A DNA stretch of 64,000 bases from an uncultured Arcobacter sp. (GCA_965140705.1 OZ223300.1:1792001-1856000); one strand, 5' to 3'; shown: positions 49,457 through 60,146, numbered from the stretch's first letter. Notes: generated from the sequence alone by a model not told the origin. Translations and numbers: made by a program.

Positions 49457-50048
49457 ATTTATTTAATAAATCAACTAGTGGTTTTAAAGAAGCTTTCTTT
49501 TCTTCTTCATTCATTGAGCCTTCCATTGCATCTTCTTTTACTTTTCCATTGTAAATATTTGTAATATTTCCATTTTCATCAATTAAATATGCAAAATAAC
49601 CCGTTTTTGAAGTATCATATTGATTTAAAGATTTTACCATAGAACCATCATAATCATAAACCATAGGTATATTTGAACCCTTTGTCAACTCTTCTAGTTT
49701 TCCAGGAATCGCCCACTTTTTGATAAACCATGGAGCTCCTGAAATATTTGCAACCATCACATATGGCATATCAATAGTAAAGTATTTTTTCAAATCTTTT
49801 ACAACAGATAAAGAATCATGATTTCCAACAATAACTAAAGTTTTCGTACCCTTTTTAAACACACTACTTGAAGAAATAACATTTTCACTTCCAACAAGTT
49901 CAATATTTTTTGGTAGATTTTCTAAAGTTAACTTACTTTTTGCAACAACATTTGGATTAACTTGTTCTGGTTTTTCAGCAGTAAAATAAACAAGTAATCC
50001 AAAACCTATTAAACCCAAAATTACAATTTTTAATATATTTTTAAACAA
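49455..50048 (-). CDS. Membrane-anchored periplasmic protein, possible Cys-less thioredoxin-like fold
   Basis: N-terminal TM; VMVANISGAPWFIKKWAIP, YDYDG, YLIDENG.I; no CxxC. Confidence 0.6.
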   Translation of the reverse strand: MFKNILKIVILGLIGFGLLVYFTAEKPEQVNPNVVAKSKLTLENLPKNIELVGSENVISSSSVFKKGTKTLVIVGNHDSLSVVKDLKKYFTIDMPYVMVANISGAPWFIKKWAIPGKLEELTKGSNIPMVYDYDGSMVKSLNQYDTSKTGYFAYLIDENGNITNIYNGKVKEDAMEGSMNEEEKKASLKPLVDLLNK

Positions 50049-50115
50049 TTTTTTTCCTTTTATAAAATTGTAAGAGTTTAACTATTTATTATAAAAATTA
50101 GATTAATAAAGATTA

Positions 50116-51273
50116 TCATTTTAATCTTCTAACCCACTTTTTAAATAATCTATCAACTGTAATTTCATCTTCTAAAGTATCATTTTTTTTAATAAAATCT
50201 ACAAGTTTTTTTGCTAAATATGGAGATAAAACAAAACCTCTTCCTCCTACTCCATTTAGTATAAAAAGGTTGTCATATCTTTTAAATCTATCACTTTTAA
50301 CATGTGTTCCATTTTTTAAATATGGAAACATATTTAATGTTTCTTTAGAATCAATCAAACTTCCTACTAATGGAAAATAATCAAAGCTACTAGCCCTTGG
50401 TCCAAAGTAAGTTTTGAGTACTTTTACATCATTTAAAGGTCTAATATTATTTGCTTTATCTAAAAGTTCAGAAGTATCTTTTTTGTATAAGTCATTTGTA
50501 TAACCAATATTGGATAAATTTGATAATTCTGGATTTGCAAAAGCTTTATATTTTCTTTCAAGTGTATTATCAAACCTGTGATGTGTAGCACCTATTGATA
50601 CTTTATAAATATTATCATCTAATTTTTGGTGTGAAGTTGATATTGAACACTCTTTATGATAGTTAAAATTTATACAAGATGTAGTAGAAATATCTATTCT
50701 TTGTCCCCATACAGCTCTTATTTTTACATAATCTTCATCTATTAATTCTATATCAGAACCAGTAGTTAAAATAAGATTTTTTGCTTTAATTTCATTGTTA
50801 ATAATATAAAAATCATCTATTTTTTTTATATGTTTTACATCATAATTAAATTTTTTATCCACATTATTTGTAAGTTTTTTACACATATCATAAGAAATGA
50901 CTTGGGAACCTATTTTGAAAAAAAATCCACTATCTTTCTCTTCACATTCAAAATCAAAATACTTTTTATACTCTTCAAAGTTTAACCTATCTTCATCATC
51001 TTTTGGAACTCTTAAAACTCCTTTTTGGATAATCAAATCTTCATCTAAATCTTTATAAAACTCAACTGCAAATTTTAAAGATGTACTAACGAGATCTTTA
51101 AATTTATTTGGTTTTCCAAGTAAAGGTGACAAAAATCCACCAGCTGCTCCTGAAGCAAATTGTGCAACATCGTCAAACCTATCTAATAAAAGAGTTTTAT
51201 CATCTTTTAAAAAATGTGCCACACAAGATCCTGCAATTCCTGCTCCAACAATTACATAGTCATAATTTTTCAT
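50116..51273 (-). CDS. FAD-dependent oxidoreductase, stand-alone MnmC oxidase-domain-like
   Basis: IVGAGIAG, ASGAAGG.LSP, GATH, R.SSFDYFPLVG, NGVGGRGF.LSP.LA. Confidence 0.75.
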   Translation of the reverse strand: MKNYDYVIVGAGIAGSCVAHFLKDDKTLLLDRFDDVAQFASGAAGGFLSPLLGKPNKFKDLVSTSLKFAVEFYKDLDEDLIIQKGVLRVPKDDEDRLNFEEYKKYFDFECEEKDSGFFFKIGSQVISYDMCKKLTNNVDKKFNYDVKHIKKIDDFYIINNEIKAKNLILTTGSDIELIDEDYVKIRAVWGQRIDISTTSCINFNYHKECSISTSHQKLDDNIYKVSIGATHHRFDNTLERKYKAFANPELSNLSNIGYTNDLYKKDTSELLDKANNIRPLNDVKVLKTYFGPRASSFDYFPLVGSLIDSKETLNMFPYLKNGTHVKSDRFKRYDNLFILNGVGGRGFVLSPYLAKKLVDFIKKNDTLEDEITVDRLFKKWVRRLK

Positions 51274-51608
51274 TAGTCATCTTTTTTATTTAATAATTTA
51301 AAATTTGGTCTCCAATACCCTCTTCCACCATGTAAACTTACACATCTAAAACCTGGTAATTTACTTTTATAAAATTCCAATCTATCTTTACTAGTCTTAC
51401 CTGTATCACAATAAAATACAAATACTGTTTTATCTTTTGGTAGAAGTTTCATTTCATAGGGATTATAAGTAATATATTCGGCTCCAGAAATTGGCTTTAA
51501 AATAGTATCTACTAAAACTACTTCTATACCATCTTTCCCAAGTTCTTCTTTATACTTTAGGTACTCTTCTTGAGTCCATTCATCTTTTTCAAATATTTTA
51601 TCATTCAT
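51273..51608 (-). CDS. Rhodanese-like protein
   Basis: VFVFYCDTGKTS active-site-like loop and SLHGG..YW tail. Confidence 0.7.
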   Translation of the reverse strand: MNDKIFEKDEWTQEEYLKYKEELGKDGIEVVLVDTILKPISGAEYITYNPYEMKLLPKDKTVFVFYCDTGKTSKDRLEFYKSKLPGFRCVSLHGGRGYWRPNFKLLNKKDD

Positions 51609-51675
51609 GCATTAATTTTAGTATATATTTACTTTTTTAGCAATTAATTTACTTTTTTGCTATTAAGTTTTTCAA

Positions 51676-51709
51676 CTTGATTGACTATGACTCAAGTTTG
51701 TGCTATAAT
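51676..51709 (+). promoter_or_regulatory. HAIR (HspR-associated inverted repeat) and extended -10 of cbpA-hspR
   Basis: CTTGATT-GACTATG-ACTCAAG at 51676-51696 against consensus CTTGAGT-N7-ACTCAAG; TGCTATAAT at 51701-51709; hspR is in the same operon. Confidence 0.85.
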
Positions 51710-51741
51710 TAGATAAAAAATTAATATTATATGGAGTTTTA

Positions 51742-52620
51742 ATGGCAAAAAGTTTATATGAAACTTTAGAGGTGAGTGATAGTGCCTCAAGTGATGAAAT
51801 AAAAAAAGCATACAGAAAATTAGCAAGAAAATATCACCCTGATGTAAACAAAGATAAAGATGCAGAAGAGAAATTTAAAGAGATTAATGCAGCTTATGAA
51901 GTTTTATCAGATAAAGAGAAAAAACAACAATATGACCAATATGGTGATTCTATGTTTGGTGGTCAAAATTTCCATGACTTTGCAAGAGGTCAAGGTGGAA
52001 ATGTTGACTTAGATGAAATTTTAAGACAGATGTTTGGAGGCTCTGGAGGTTTTGGTGGAAGTGGATTTAGTCATAGTGGCTTTGGTGGAAGTGGATTTAG
52101 TGGCTTTGATGAGCCAAATTTGGACATGAGCGCACAAATTACTATAGCCTTTGATGTTTCTATTCTTGGAGGGAAACAACAAGTATCTTTCAATAATGAA
52201 TCATTTGACATCAAAATACCAGAAGGTATTAGAGATGGACAAAAGATAAGAGCAAAAGGAAAAGGAAAATCATACAATGGTAGAAGAGGAGACTTAATTA
52301 TAAAAATTAATGTTGCTCCTAGTCCTGAGTATACACTTGAAGGAGATACTTTAACAAAGTATTTTGATATTCCTTTAAAAACAGCTCTTTTTGGAGGAAA
52401 AGTAGAGATAAAAACAATACATAAAACTATAACTTTAAAAGTTCCAGAAAGTACTAAACAATACCAAAGATTTAGAGTAAAAGAGTTAGGAATTCTAAAT
52501 AGAAAAACTGGAACAAAAGGTGATTTATATTTAAAAGCCAATATTGTTTTACCAAAAGTTGAAGATTTGGATGAGAATTTAGTTACTTTATTAAAAGAGA
52601 AACTACCAGAAACTATTTAA
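51742..52620 (+). CDS. cbpA: CbpA-type DnaJ co-chaperone
   Basis: J-domain with HPD, G/F-rich linker, DnaJ C-terminal domain, no zinc finger; upstream of hspR. Confidence 0.9.
   Translation: MAKSLYETLEVSDSASSDEIKKAYRKLARKYHPDVNKDKDAEEKFKEINAAYEVLSDKEKKQQYDQYGDSMFGGQNFHDFARGQGGNVDLDEILRQMFGGSGGFGGSGFSHSGFGGSGFSGFDEPNLDMSAQITIAFDVSILGGKQQVSFNNESFDIKIPEGIRDGQKIRAKGKGKSYNGRRGDLIIKINVAPSPEYTLEGDTLTKYFDIPLKTALFGGKVEIKTIHKTITLKVPESTKQYQRFRVKELGILNRKTGTKGDLYLKANIVLPKVEDLDENLVTLLKEKLPETI
52051..52101 (+). repeat. 21-nt direct repeat in the cbpA G/F linker
   Basis: TTTGGTGGAAGTGGATTTAGT at 52051 and 52081 (30-nt period; FGGSGFS twice). Confidence 0.8.
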
Positions 52621-52631
52621 GAGAGGATATT

Positions 52632-53012
52632 ATGGAAACAAACTCATACACAGAACCTGTATATTTAATTTCAGTTGTTGCACAAATTCTAGAAATCCAT
52701 CCACAAACACTAAGACAATATGAAAGGGAGGGGTTAATTACCCCTTCAAGAACAAATGGAAAGATTCGTTTATACTCTCAAAAAGATATTGACCATATTA
52801 AATATGTATTAAGGCTTACAAGGGAGTTAGGAATAAATCTTGCGGGTGTTGATTTAATACTTCAATTAAATAAAAAAATAAAAGATTTAGAAGAAGATGT
52901 TCAAAAATATAAAACTCAATTAAAACAAATAGATAAATTTGGGGTTGTACCATCATCAAAAGCTTTAGTGATTAAAAAAAGCTCTTATGACATAGTAATT
53001 TTCGAAGAGTAG
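52632..53012 (+). CDS. hspR: Heat-shock transcriptional repressor HspR (MerR family)
   Basis: PVYLISVVA, HPQTLRQYEREGL.PSRT.G..RLYS, LGINLAGV. Confidence 0.96.
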   Translation: METNSYTEPVYLISVVAQILEIHPQTLRQYEREGLITPSRTNGKIRLYSQKDIDHIKYVLRLTRELGINLAGVDLILQLNKKIKDLEEDVQKYKTQLKQIDKFGVVPSSKALVIKKSSYDIVIFEE

Positions 53013-53019
53013 AAGTTTT

Positions 53020-54156
53020 CTACTCTGATAAGTGATATTGAACTACGTAGTCTCTCATTAATGGTGGCACATCTAAATAATTGTCTTTATCAGTAATTAT
53101 GTTTTGTTTAGCCCCATCTGTAGGTTCTGGCTCTTGTTTTTTAGGTTCTGGTTTAGACTCAAAACCAGTAGCAACTATAGTAATTTTCACTTCATCTTTT
53201 TGTAAAGAATCATCTGAAGTTGTACCAAAAATAATCTCAGCATTTGAATCAATAGTTTCATGTATTTTTTCCATGACATTATTAATAGCAAACATAGAAA
53301 TTTGAGGATGAATATTAAAGTGGATTAAGATACCTTTTGCACCACTTAATGACATCTTATCAAGTAAAGGAGAGTTTGTAGCAGCGTCTAAAGCTTTAAT
53401 AGCAGCATCTTCACCTTTTGCTCGTCCTATTCCCATAAGTGCCATACCTTTGTGTTGCATGATTGTTTTTACATCTGCAAAGTCAGTATTAATATCACTA
53501 TTTCCTGGGTTTAGAATAACTTCACTCATACCATTTACTGCTTGGTATAAAATATTATCAATGATTTTAAAAGCATCTTTCATACCAATATCTTTATCAA
53601 CGATATCAAGAAGTCTATCATTTGGTACTACGATTATAGAATCACTTACTTTTTTTATCTCTTCAAGACCTAGATTTGCCAATCCTGCTCTTTTTTTACC
53701 TTCCCAAGTAAAAGGTTTAGTTACAACAGAAACAGTTAAAGCACCTATTTCTTTAGCTGCTTTTGCAATAATGGCAGCAGCTCCTGTTCCAGTACCTCCA
53801 CCAAGACCAGCAGCAATAAAAACAATATCAGCACCAGTTAAAGTACTTTTTATCTCTTCATAACTTTCAATTGCTGAATCTCTACCAACTTCTGGCTTCA
53901 TCCCAGCACCTAACCCTTTGGTTAGTTTTGCACCTAATTGTATTTTTTTAGGAGCTCTTGAGATATTTAAAACTTGTAAATCTGTATTAGCTGAAATTAA
54001 ATCAATTCTTCTAGTACCCTCTTGAATCATATGATTGACCATGTTACAGCCACCACCACCAACTCCAACAACGGTGATTTTTGCTACATTATCTGACAAA
54101 GTTTTGTTTGGCATTTCTACTGTTATATCATCCACTCTAAATAATCCATTATCCAT
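53020..54156 (-). CDS. ftsZ: Cell division protein FtsZ
   Basis: GVGGGG, GLGAG, GGGTGTG, NTDFAD and C-terminal LDVPPLMR. ATG at 54156 overlaps the ftsA stop (TAATG). Confidence 0.98.
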   Translation of the reverse strand: MDNGLFRVDDITVEMPNKTLSDNVAKITVVGVGGGGCNMVNHMIQEGTRRIDLISANTDLQVLNISRAPKKIQLGAKLTKGLGAGMKPEVGRDSAIESYEEIKSTLTGADIVFIAAGLGGGTGTGAAAIIAKAAKEIGALTVSVVTKPFTWEGKKRAGLANLGLEEIKKVSDSIIVVPNDRLLDIVDKDIGMKDAFKIIDNILYQAVNGMSEVILNPGNSDINTDFADVKTIMQHKGMALMGIGRAKGEDAAIKALDAATNSPLLDKMSLSGAKGILIHFNIHPQISMFAINNVMEKIHETIDSNAEIIFGTTSDDSLQKDEVKITIVATGFESKPEPKKQEPEPTDGAKQNIITDKDNYLDVPPLMRDYVVQYHLSE

Positions 54157-55544
54157 TAAAACCACTCCGAAACTTTATTCCAAAATCTAGCCATACCTTT
54201 ACCCTTGTTTGTTTTAGATATCTTAGGTAATTGAGTAGGATCTTCGGTTTTAAGTTTTATATCTACATTTGACTTGTTTTCAGCCTGTCTAACATCTCTT
54301 TGTATCTCTCTTGCTTCCTCTTTTGGAATAGCTTTTTTCTCTATTATTTTTCTTCTAAGTTTTTTATTTGAATCTAATTCAAAATTTCTATTCTTGTCTA
54401 AAGAATAAAAAAGAAGTCCCACAATTGTAGCCATAGCAGAATCATCAAAATTCATATAACCATTTTTTATATTTTTAGGATTTGCTACTTTTACAGGTTG
54501 ATTCTCAAAAACTAAATTTGCTAATTCTCTTATACCTTTTAATTTACTCATACCACCAGTTATCACTATTCCAGCATCTAAATTATCAGCTATTCCACTT
54601 CTACTTAATTTTTGTTTTACAAGAATTAAAGTCTCTTCAACCCTTGCATGAATTATATTTCTAATATCAACTAAAGAGATTTCTTCTGTTACTTGTTCAT
54701 CACCAATTCTTGGAATTTTAATTTTCTTAATAGATAATTGATTATCTTCACTATTATTTGAAATCAGACTTCCATATTTTATTTTTATTAATTCTGCTGC
54801 ATTGTGTGGAGTGTGAAGCATCACAGATAAATCATTTGTAATATGATTTGAACCAACTGGTATAAAATCAGTATATAAAATAGAACTACCTTTATAACAA
54901 ACAAATTCAGTAGTTGTACTCCCCATATTTATTACTAAACTTCCAAATTTATTTTGTTGTTCATCCAAAACTGAGATTGCTGTTGCATATCCATTCAAAA
55001 CAAAATTAGTAATCTCTATATTTGACTCTTTAAAAGCTGATTTTAGATTTGTAAGGGCAGTTCTTTTTGCAGTTACAATATAAACTGATACTTCAAGTCT
55101 TGCTCCATTCATATTTAAAGGATTATCAACATCAGCGGAATCATCTACTTTAAAAAATATTGGAACAACATGTACAACTTCATATTCAGGCACAATAGTT
55201 GCATTGTATAAAGCCATTTGCATAACTTGATTTATTTCATGTTCAGTGATTATTCCATTTGGAACATTTACACTTCCCATACTTCTTATACCCTTAGTAT
55301 AAGAACCTGATATTGCAACTACTGTTGACTCAATAGGTTCAGAAGTACTTCTTCTTGCTTTTAGTACAGCATTTTGTATAGACTTTGAGGCCAATTCAAT
55401 ATTTGTTATAAGACCCTTGTTTATTCCATCACTCGCTTCAATTCCTGTACCTAAGATATTAATTTTATAGTCTAAATCGTTTTTAGCAATAATTGCTGTA
55501 ACATCAGTAGATCCAATATCTATTGCGAGAAGAGTGTTACTCAA
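54156..55544 (-). CDS. ftsA: Cell division protein FtsA
   Basis: AIDIGS, NPL.M.G.RLE, HITNDL, TGG, and a C-terminal amphipathic FWNKVSEWF. Confidence 0.95.
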   Translation of the reverse strand: MSNTLLAIDIGSTDVTAIIAKNDLDYKINILGTGIEASDGINKGLITNIELASKSIQNAVLKARRSTSEPIESTVVAISGSYTKGIRSMGSVNVPNGIITEHEINQVMQMALYNATIVPEYEVVHVVPIFFKVDDSADVDNPLNMNGARLEVSVYIVTAKRTALTNLKSAFKESNIEITNFVLNGYATAISVLDEQQNKFGSLVINMGSTTTEFVCYKGSSILYTDFIPVGSNHITNDLSVMLHTPHNAAELIKIKYGSLISNNSEDNQLSIKKIKIPRIGDEQVTEEISLVDIRNIIHARVEETLILVKQKLSRSGIADNLDAGIVITGGMSKLKGIRELANLVFENQPVKVANPKNIKNGYMNFDDSAMATIVGLLFYSLDKNRNFELDSNKKLRRKIIEKKAIPKEEAREIQRDVRQAENKSNVDIKLKTEDPTQLPKISKTNKGKGMARFWNKVSEWF

Positions 55545-55547
55545 TTT

Positions 55548-57014
55548 TTACTCCTTTGAATCTGAAGAAGAGATAACTTCATATTTACTTTTAAGATTAT
55601 TTATCAAATTATTCATTAACTCTGTTCTTTCTAATTTTACTAAAATATCATTTACAGATGATTCTTCTTCTTTTGTTATATTATCAGCTAGTTTACTTGA
55701 ATTAACTTTGTAAACTATTACTTTTCCATTTATATCAATACTTCCTTCTTTTTCTTTAGCAATGAAAAGTTTGCTTAAAAATGAATAGGCTTCATTTGCA
55801 TTTAAACCTTTGATTTTATCAATAGATTTTCTACTAACAAAACCTAAATCTTCTCCTGTGAAGTTTTTAAGTTCATTTGCTACTAGAACTTTCATTCTTT
55901 CACTTCTTTTAATATCAATATAATCAGCTTTTACCATATCTTTTGATAATTCATAAGAAAGAGGTTTAGGGTCATTTTTCTTAAGCACTTTTACAATTGT
56001 AAAACCATCTTTATCTTCAAAAGGTTTTAATACTACACCTGGTTTTGAGGTTTTGATTTCATTTATATTTTCAGCAGAAAAAGGTAATTTATCTTCATAA
56101 ATTGTTTTAGTTTCATCAAATTTAGTTTCACCTTTTTTAAGAGCTAAATATTTTCTTAAAGCATCTTTTTTTGATTCTTTTAAACTAATTACTTTTATCA
56201 TATCATCTTTTGCTTCATCAAAAGTTTTTAATTTACCATCTTCTTTTTTATAATCAGTTTTAAATTTAGCATAATGTTCTTTTAATTCATCTTCACTTGG
56301 AGTGATAATTTTTAATGATAATTTAGAGATTTCCAAATCATAAGAATCTGTTGATAAATATTTTATTTTATTTGTTGACCAATACTCTTTTAACTTTTCA
56401 TCTGTAACATCAACTTTTATTGATTTTGGATCAAATAATTTAATAGAGACATCATCTTGTGAAAATAATAGTTTTGCTAAATTGTTTACTTCATTGGCTT
56501 GTGGAGTAAAGTTTAATAAAGATTCAACTTTTTGTAAAAGTAAATCTCTTTTTAAAGATTTTTCATAAGCAACAGGTGTTGTACCATTTTGAGATAAAAC
56601 TTTTACATAAAGTTCTTTATCAAATTTTCCATCTTTTATAAATGCAGGCATTTGAAATAACTCTTTTGCAATATCTTTATCAGTTACAAGTAGACCTAAA
56701 TCATCAGCATAAGATAAAATAAGATTTTTTTGAATAGTTAAACTTAAAGCAGCATCAGGAAGACCAATTCTTTTTGCCATCTCTTGATTAAATTTATTTC
56801 CATAAACTTGTGAATATTGTCTATATAAAGAAGAATATTCTCTTTGGTACTCATCAACACTTATCTTTCTATCACCTACAACTGCAACTGAACCTGAAGA
56901 TTTCCCATATTGATAATTTCCCCAACCAACGAAACCAGCGCCTACAAACGCTATTGTACTTATCCAAATTGTAATTACTAACCACTTTTTATGTCTTTGC
57001 ATCCAAGTTAACAT
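55548..57014 (-). CDS. PpiD/SurA-like membrane-anchored periplasmic chaperone
   Basis: MLTWMQRHKKWLVITIWISTIAFVGAG, SurA-N-like region, F..DGKFDK.LY; sits upstream of ftsA as in Campylobacterota. Confidence 0.85.
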   Translation of the reverse strand: MLTWMQRHKKWLVITIWISTIAFVGAGFVGWGNYQYGKSSGSVAVVGDRKISVDEYQREYSSLYRQYSQVYGNKFNQEMAKRIGLPDAALSLTIQKNLILSYADDLGLLVTDKDIAKELFQMPAFIKDGKFDKELYVKVLSQNGTTPVAYEKSLKRDLLLQKVESLLNFTPQANEVNNLAKLLFSQDDVSIKLFDPKSIKVDVTDEKLKEYWSTNKIKYLSTDSYDLEISKLSLKIITPSEDELKEHYAKFKTDYKKEDGKLKTFDEAKDDMIKVISLKESKKDALRKYLALKKGETKFDETKTIYEDKLPFSAENINEIKTSKPGVVLKPFEDKDGFTIVKVLKKNDPKPLSYELSKDMVKADYIDIKRSERMKVLVANELKNFTGEDLGFVSRKSIDKIKGLNANEAYSFLSKLFIAKEKEGSIDINGKVIVYKVNSSKLADNITKEEESSVNDILVKLERTELMNNLINNLKSKYEVISSSDSKE

Positions 57015-57082
57015 TCTATTAAAATCCTCGATAAAATTTTAGATATATTACTCAAATGTAGCTTTTGAAAATGTTAAACTAC

Positions 57083-59365
57083 TTAGCTTAATAGGTCATT
57101 TATTACAGATTCTCTTTTTGTAGTCTCTATTCTTTTACAAGCACCTTTAAAAGCATCTTCTTCTCCTACAATATAACACATGCTTTTTGCTCTTGTAATT
57201 GCTGTATATAATAACTTAGTATTGTGCATAATATAATGTGAAAAACTCATAGGAATAAGGGCATTGTCATACTCCATACCTTGGGTTTTATGTATGGTTA
57301 AACAATACGCTAGTGATAAGAGGGAATCTAAATCATCAAAATCATAAAAAACTACCATATCATCATTTGGATATAAGACTATGCATTTACTCTCTTCAAA
57401 ATCAAGCTTGATAATAAGCCCTAATTGTCCATTAAAAACTCTTCTTTCTAAATACTCTGTTGATCCTGTTCTATACATTTGCATAGTTTGTGCTTTCATA
57501 TTCTCATTTTTAATATGAATTACTTTATCACTTAGTTTATATTCATAAAGTTTTGTTTGCTTAGATTCTTCCCTTGAACTATTAAATATTTTTTGCAACT
57601 GATTATTTAAGTTCTCGACACCAAGCATGCCCCCTTTCATGGGCGTAATTATTTGAAAAAGTATGAGAGCTTTTGATATATTTTTATCCTTTATTAAAGT
57701 ATAAAAATCTTTTATATATGCACTTGATATATTTAATATCATACTTAATATCTGCTCAGAGTTTTGTCCCCTTAGATTTGAGAATTCATTTTGTCCTAGA
57801 GAGTTTTTTGAAGCATAATAATTTGATATGGAAACATCTAAAAATTTAAAATCTTCATAATCACCATTATAATCAGGTACATTACCTTGTCTAATTTCAT
57901 TTGCAATTACAGCTATTGCTTGATTTTCATTTTGTCTATATATTTTTGTAAGTTTACAAATTGGTGCTAATTCATACTTTATAGAGTCACTTAATATATT
58001 CCCAGCCCCAATAGCTGGTAACTGCCCATCATCTCCTACTATTATAAAAATAGTATCTGGACCAATTTTTGAAATTATTTGATAAAACATAACAGAATTT
58101 ACCATTGAAGCTTCATCAAGCAAAATCACTTTATATGGAAAGTATTCATTCTCTTTATGCTTTACAAAAAGTGATTGTATAGTAGAGCTATTATAACCTG
58201 TAGTATCAGCTATTCTTTGTGAAGCAATACCACTTAAAGCAATAGCAATAATATCATCATAAGAGTTTATCTCTTGGAGAAGTTCAAGAATTGCCCTACT
58301 TGATGTGGATTTTCCTGTTCCTGCATAACCTATTAAAAAGAGTGTTTTATGTCCTTCATTTATAAGTTCTACTGCTTTTCGCTGTTCAGTACTTAAAGTA
58401 AAACCTAAAGTTTTCTCTTTTTTATCTAAGTACTCATTTATATTTGAAACTATTTTTTTCAAATACATGTCATTTTCTCTAGCTCTAAAAAACTCTAAAA
58501 CTCTCTTTTCTGCAAAATATAACATTGAAGGAGCATATCTATTCTCTTTTGTTTTATAAATATCTTCTTCTAATTCCATTTTTGCTATTGCATTTTCATA
58601 CAATACTTCTTCATCTTGAAATCTCAAAGCTTCATCTAATAATCTAAAAAGATGGTACTTATCTATCGAAGAGTTCCCATTATTATCACAATACTCCCTT
58701 AAAGTATAATTTAGACAAGCCATAATTCTAAAATCTGACTTTTCATCTATTCCTAAAGCTTTTGCTATTTCATCAGCTCTTTTAAATCCTATACCTTTTA
58801 TACGAATAAGTACATAAGGATTTTCTTTTATTACCTCAATCAAATTCTCAACTTCACTAAATTCTGAATAAATCTTTGTAATAAGATTTGAAGTAACTCC
58901 AAATTTTGATAAAAAAGAACCAAGCTCTCTTAAGTGCTTAAACTTTTGCCATGATGATTTTATGGTTGTTAGTTTTTTCTCTCTTATACCTTTGAAGTTT
59001 AAAAGTTCTTCTGGCTTGTTATTTAAAACTTCGACCAACTCTTCTTCTGAGTACTTTTCCAAGAGTTCTAAGGCTACTTTTCGCCCTATTCCTTTAACTA
59101 TTTTTGTCAAAAAGAAATATAATTCTTGTTCTTTTAACTCTAAAGTGTCAAAAGCAAATTGTATTCCATATTTTTTATGGGTTACCCAATTACCTGTCAA
59201 AACTATATTTTCACCAACAATTTTTTCTATATCAGTATCAAAATATGTTCCACATATTTTTTGGTCATTATCCAATACTGCTATACAAAAACCTGTATCT
59301 TTATTTGAAAATAGTACTTTTTTTAATATTCCTGAAAGTTTAAAACTTTTATTTTCATCCTGCAT
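57083..59365 (-). CDS. RecD2-like SF1B helicase
   Basis: HhH motifs (KGIG, GIGFKRAD), Walker A GYAGTGKS, DEASM, VGD..QLP, TIHKTQG.E, LYTAITRA. Confidence 0.92.
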   Translation of the reverse strand: MQDENKSFKLSGILKKVLFSNKDTGFCIAVLDNDQKICGTYFDTDIEKIVGENIVLTGNWVTHKKYGIQFAFDTLELKEQELYFFLTKIVKGIGRKVALELLEKYSEEELVEVLNNKPEELLNFKGIREKKLTTIKSSWQKFKHLRELGSFLSKFGVTSNLITKIYSEFSEVENLIEVIKENPYVLIRIKGIGFKRADEIAKALGIDEKSDFRIMACLNYTLREYCDNNGNSSIDKYHLFRLLDEALRFQDEEVLYENAIAKMELEEDIYKTKENRYAPSMLYFAEKRVLEFFRARENDMYLKKIVSNINEYLDKKEKTLGFTLSTEQRKAVELINEGHKTLFLIGYAGTGKSTSSRAILELLQEINSYDDIIAIALSGIASQRIADTTGYNSSTIQSLFVKHKENEYFPYKVILLDEASMVNSVMFYQIISKIGPDTIFIIVGDDGQLPAIGAGNILSDSIKYELAPICKLTKIYRQNENQAIAVIANEIRQGNVPDYNGDYEDFKFLDVSISNYYASKNSLGQNEFSNLRGQNSEQILSMILNISSAYIKDFYTLIKDKNISKALILFQIITPMKGGMLGVENLNNQLQKIFNSSREESKQTKLYEYKLSDKVIHIKNENMKAQTMQMYRTGSTEYLERRVFNGQLGLIIKLDFEESKCIVLYPNDDMVVFYDFDDLDSLLSLAYCLTIHKTQGMEYDNALIPMSFSHYIMHNTKLLYTAITRAKSMCYIVGEEDAFKGACKRIETTKRESVINDLLS

Positions 59366-59721
59366 TAATATCCATCATCAAATTTTTTATGTTTATGTTT
59401 ATCTTTTTTATAAGTATTTTGATTTTTTTCTTTTTGAAGTAAATTTGCCTCTTTTAAAAGTCTATTTCTCTCTTCTTCAAAATCTTCACTATGATTTTCC
59501 AAATATAAAAGTGTCAAATCTATAAACTTTTTTAAACTAAGTAAATAAGCAGAAGTTAATTCCACTTTTTTTACCCTTTTTGTATCTTCAAAGTTTTTTA
59601 ATGTTCTTTGTTTAAAAATCTCAAAATCGAAATCTTCTAGTTTGAGTAGTGAGACAGTTCTAGTAAAAAATTTTTCTAAAACCCTTATATATCTTATTCT
59701 TAATTGTTTGTCATGTATCAT
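59365..59721 (-). CDS. Conserved hypothetical helical protein
   Basis: 118-aa ORF coupled by TAATG overlaps to both neighbours; basic tail YKKDKHK. Confidence 0.7.
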   Translation of the reverse strand: MIHDKQLRIRYIRVLEKFFTRTVSLLKLEDFDFEIFKQRTLKNFEDTKRVKKVELTSAYLLSLKKFIDLTLLYLENHSEDFEEERNRLLKEANLLQKEKNQNTYKKDKHKHKKFDDGY

Positions 59722-60068
59722 TAAAGCAATTCATCTATTTTTTCTAAAGGTCGTCCAATAACAGCTCTCCCATCTTTTATTATAATGGGTCTTTCAATTA
59801 GTTTAGGATTATCTACCATTGCTTTAATTAACTTTTCTTCATCACTTTCATCTTTTAAATTCATTTGTTTATAAATATCTTCTTTTGTTCTCATTAGTTC
59901 TCTAGCACTCATATTTAACATTTGAAGGACTTCTTTTATATCTTCTTTTGTTAGTTTTGCATCTAGATATTTTATAACACCTAAAGCCATTTTTTTCTCT
60001 TGTAAAAGATTTAAGGCATCTCTTGATTTTGAGCATCTAGGATTGTGCCAAATAGTTATTTCTTCCAT
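59721..60068 (-). CDS. arsC: Arsenate reductase, glutaredoxin-dependent ArsC family
   Basis: HNPRCSKSR, LMR, PKLIERPI, IGRP. Confidence 0.88.
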   Translation of the reverse strand: MEEITIWHNPRCSKSRDALNLLQEKKMALGVIKYLDAKLTKEDIKEVLQMLNMSARELMRTKEDIYKQMNLKDESDEEKLIKAMVDNPKLIERPIIIKDGRAVIGRPLEKIDELL

Positions 60069-60146
60069 GGTATCCCTCCTGTTATTATTTTTACTTTATT
60101 ATACCAAAAAAGATTTATGATTTAATTTTATGATATACTTTGTATT

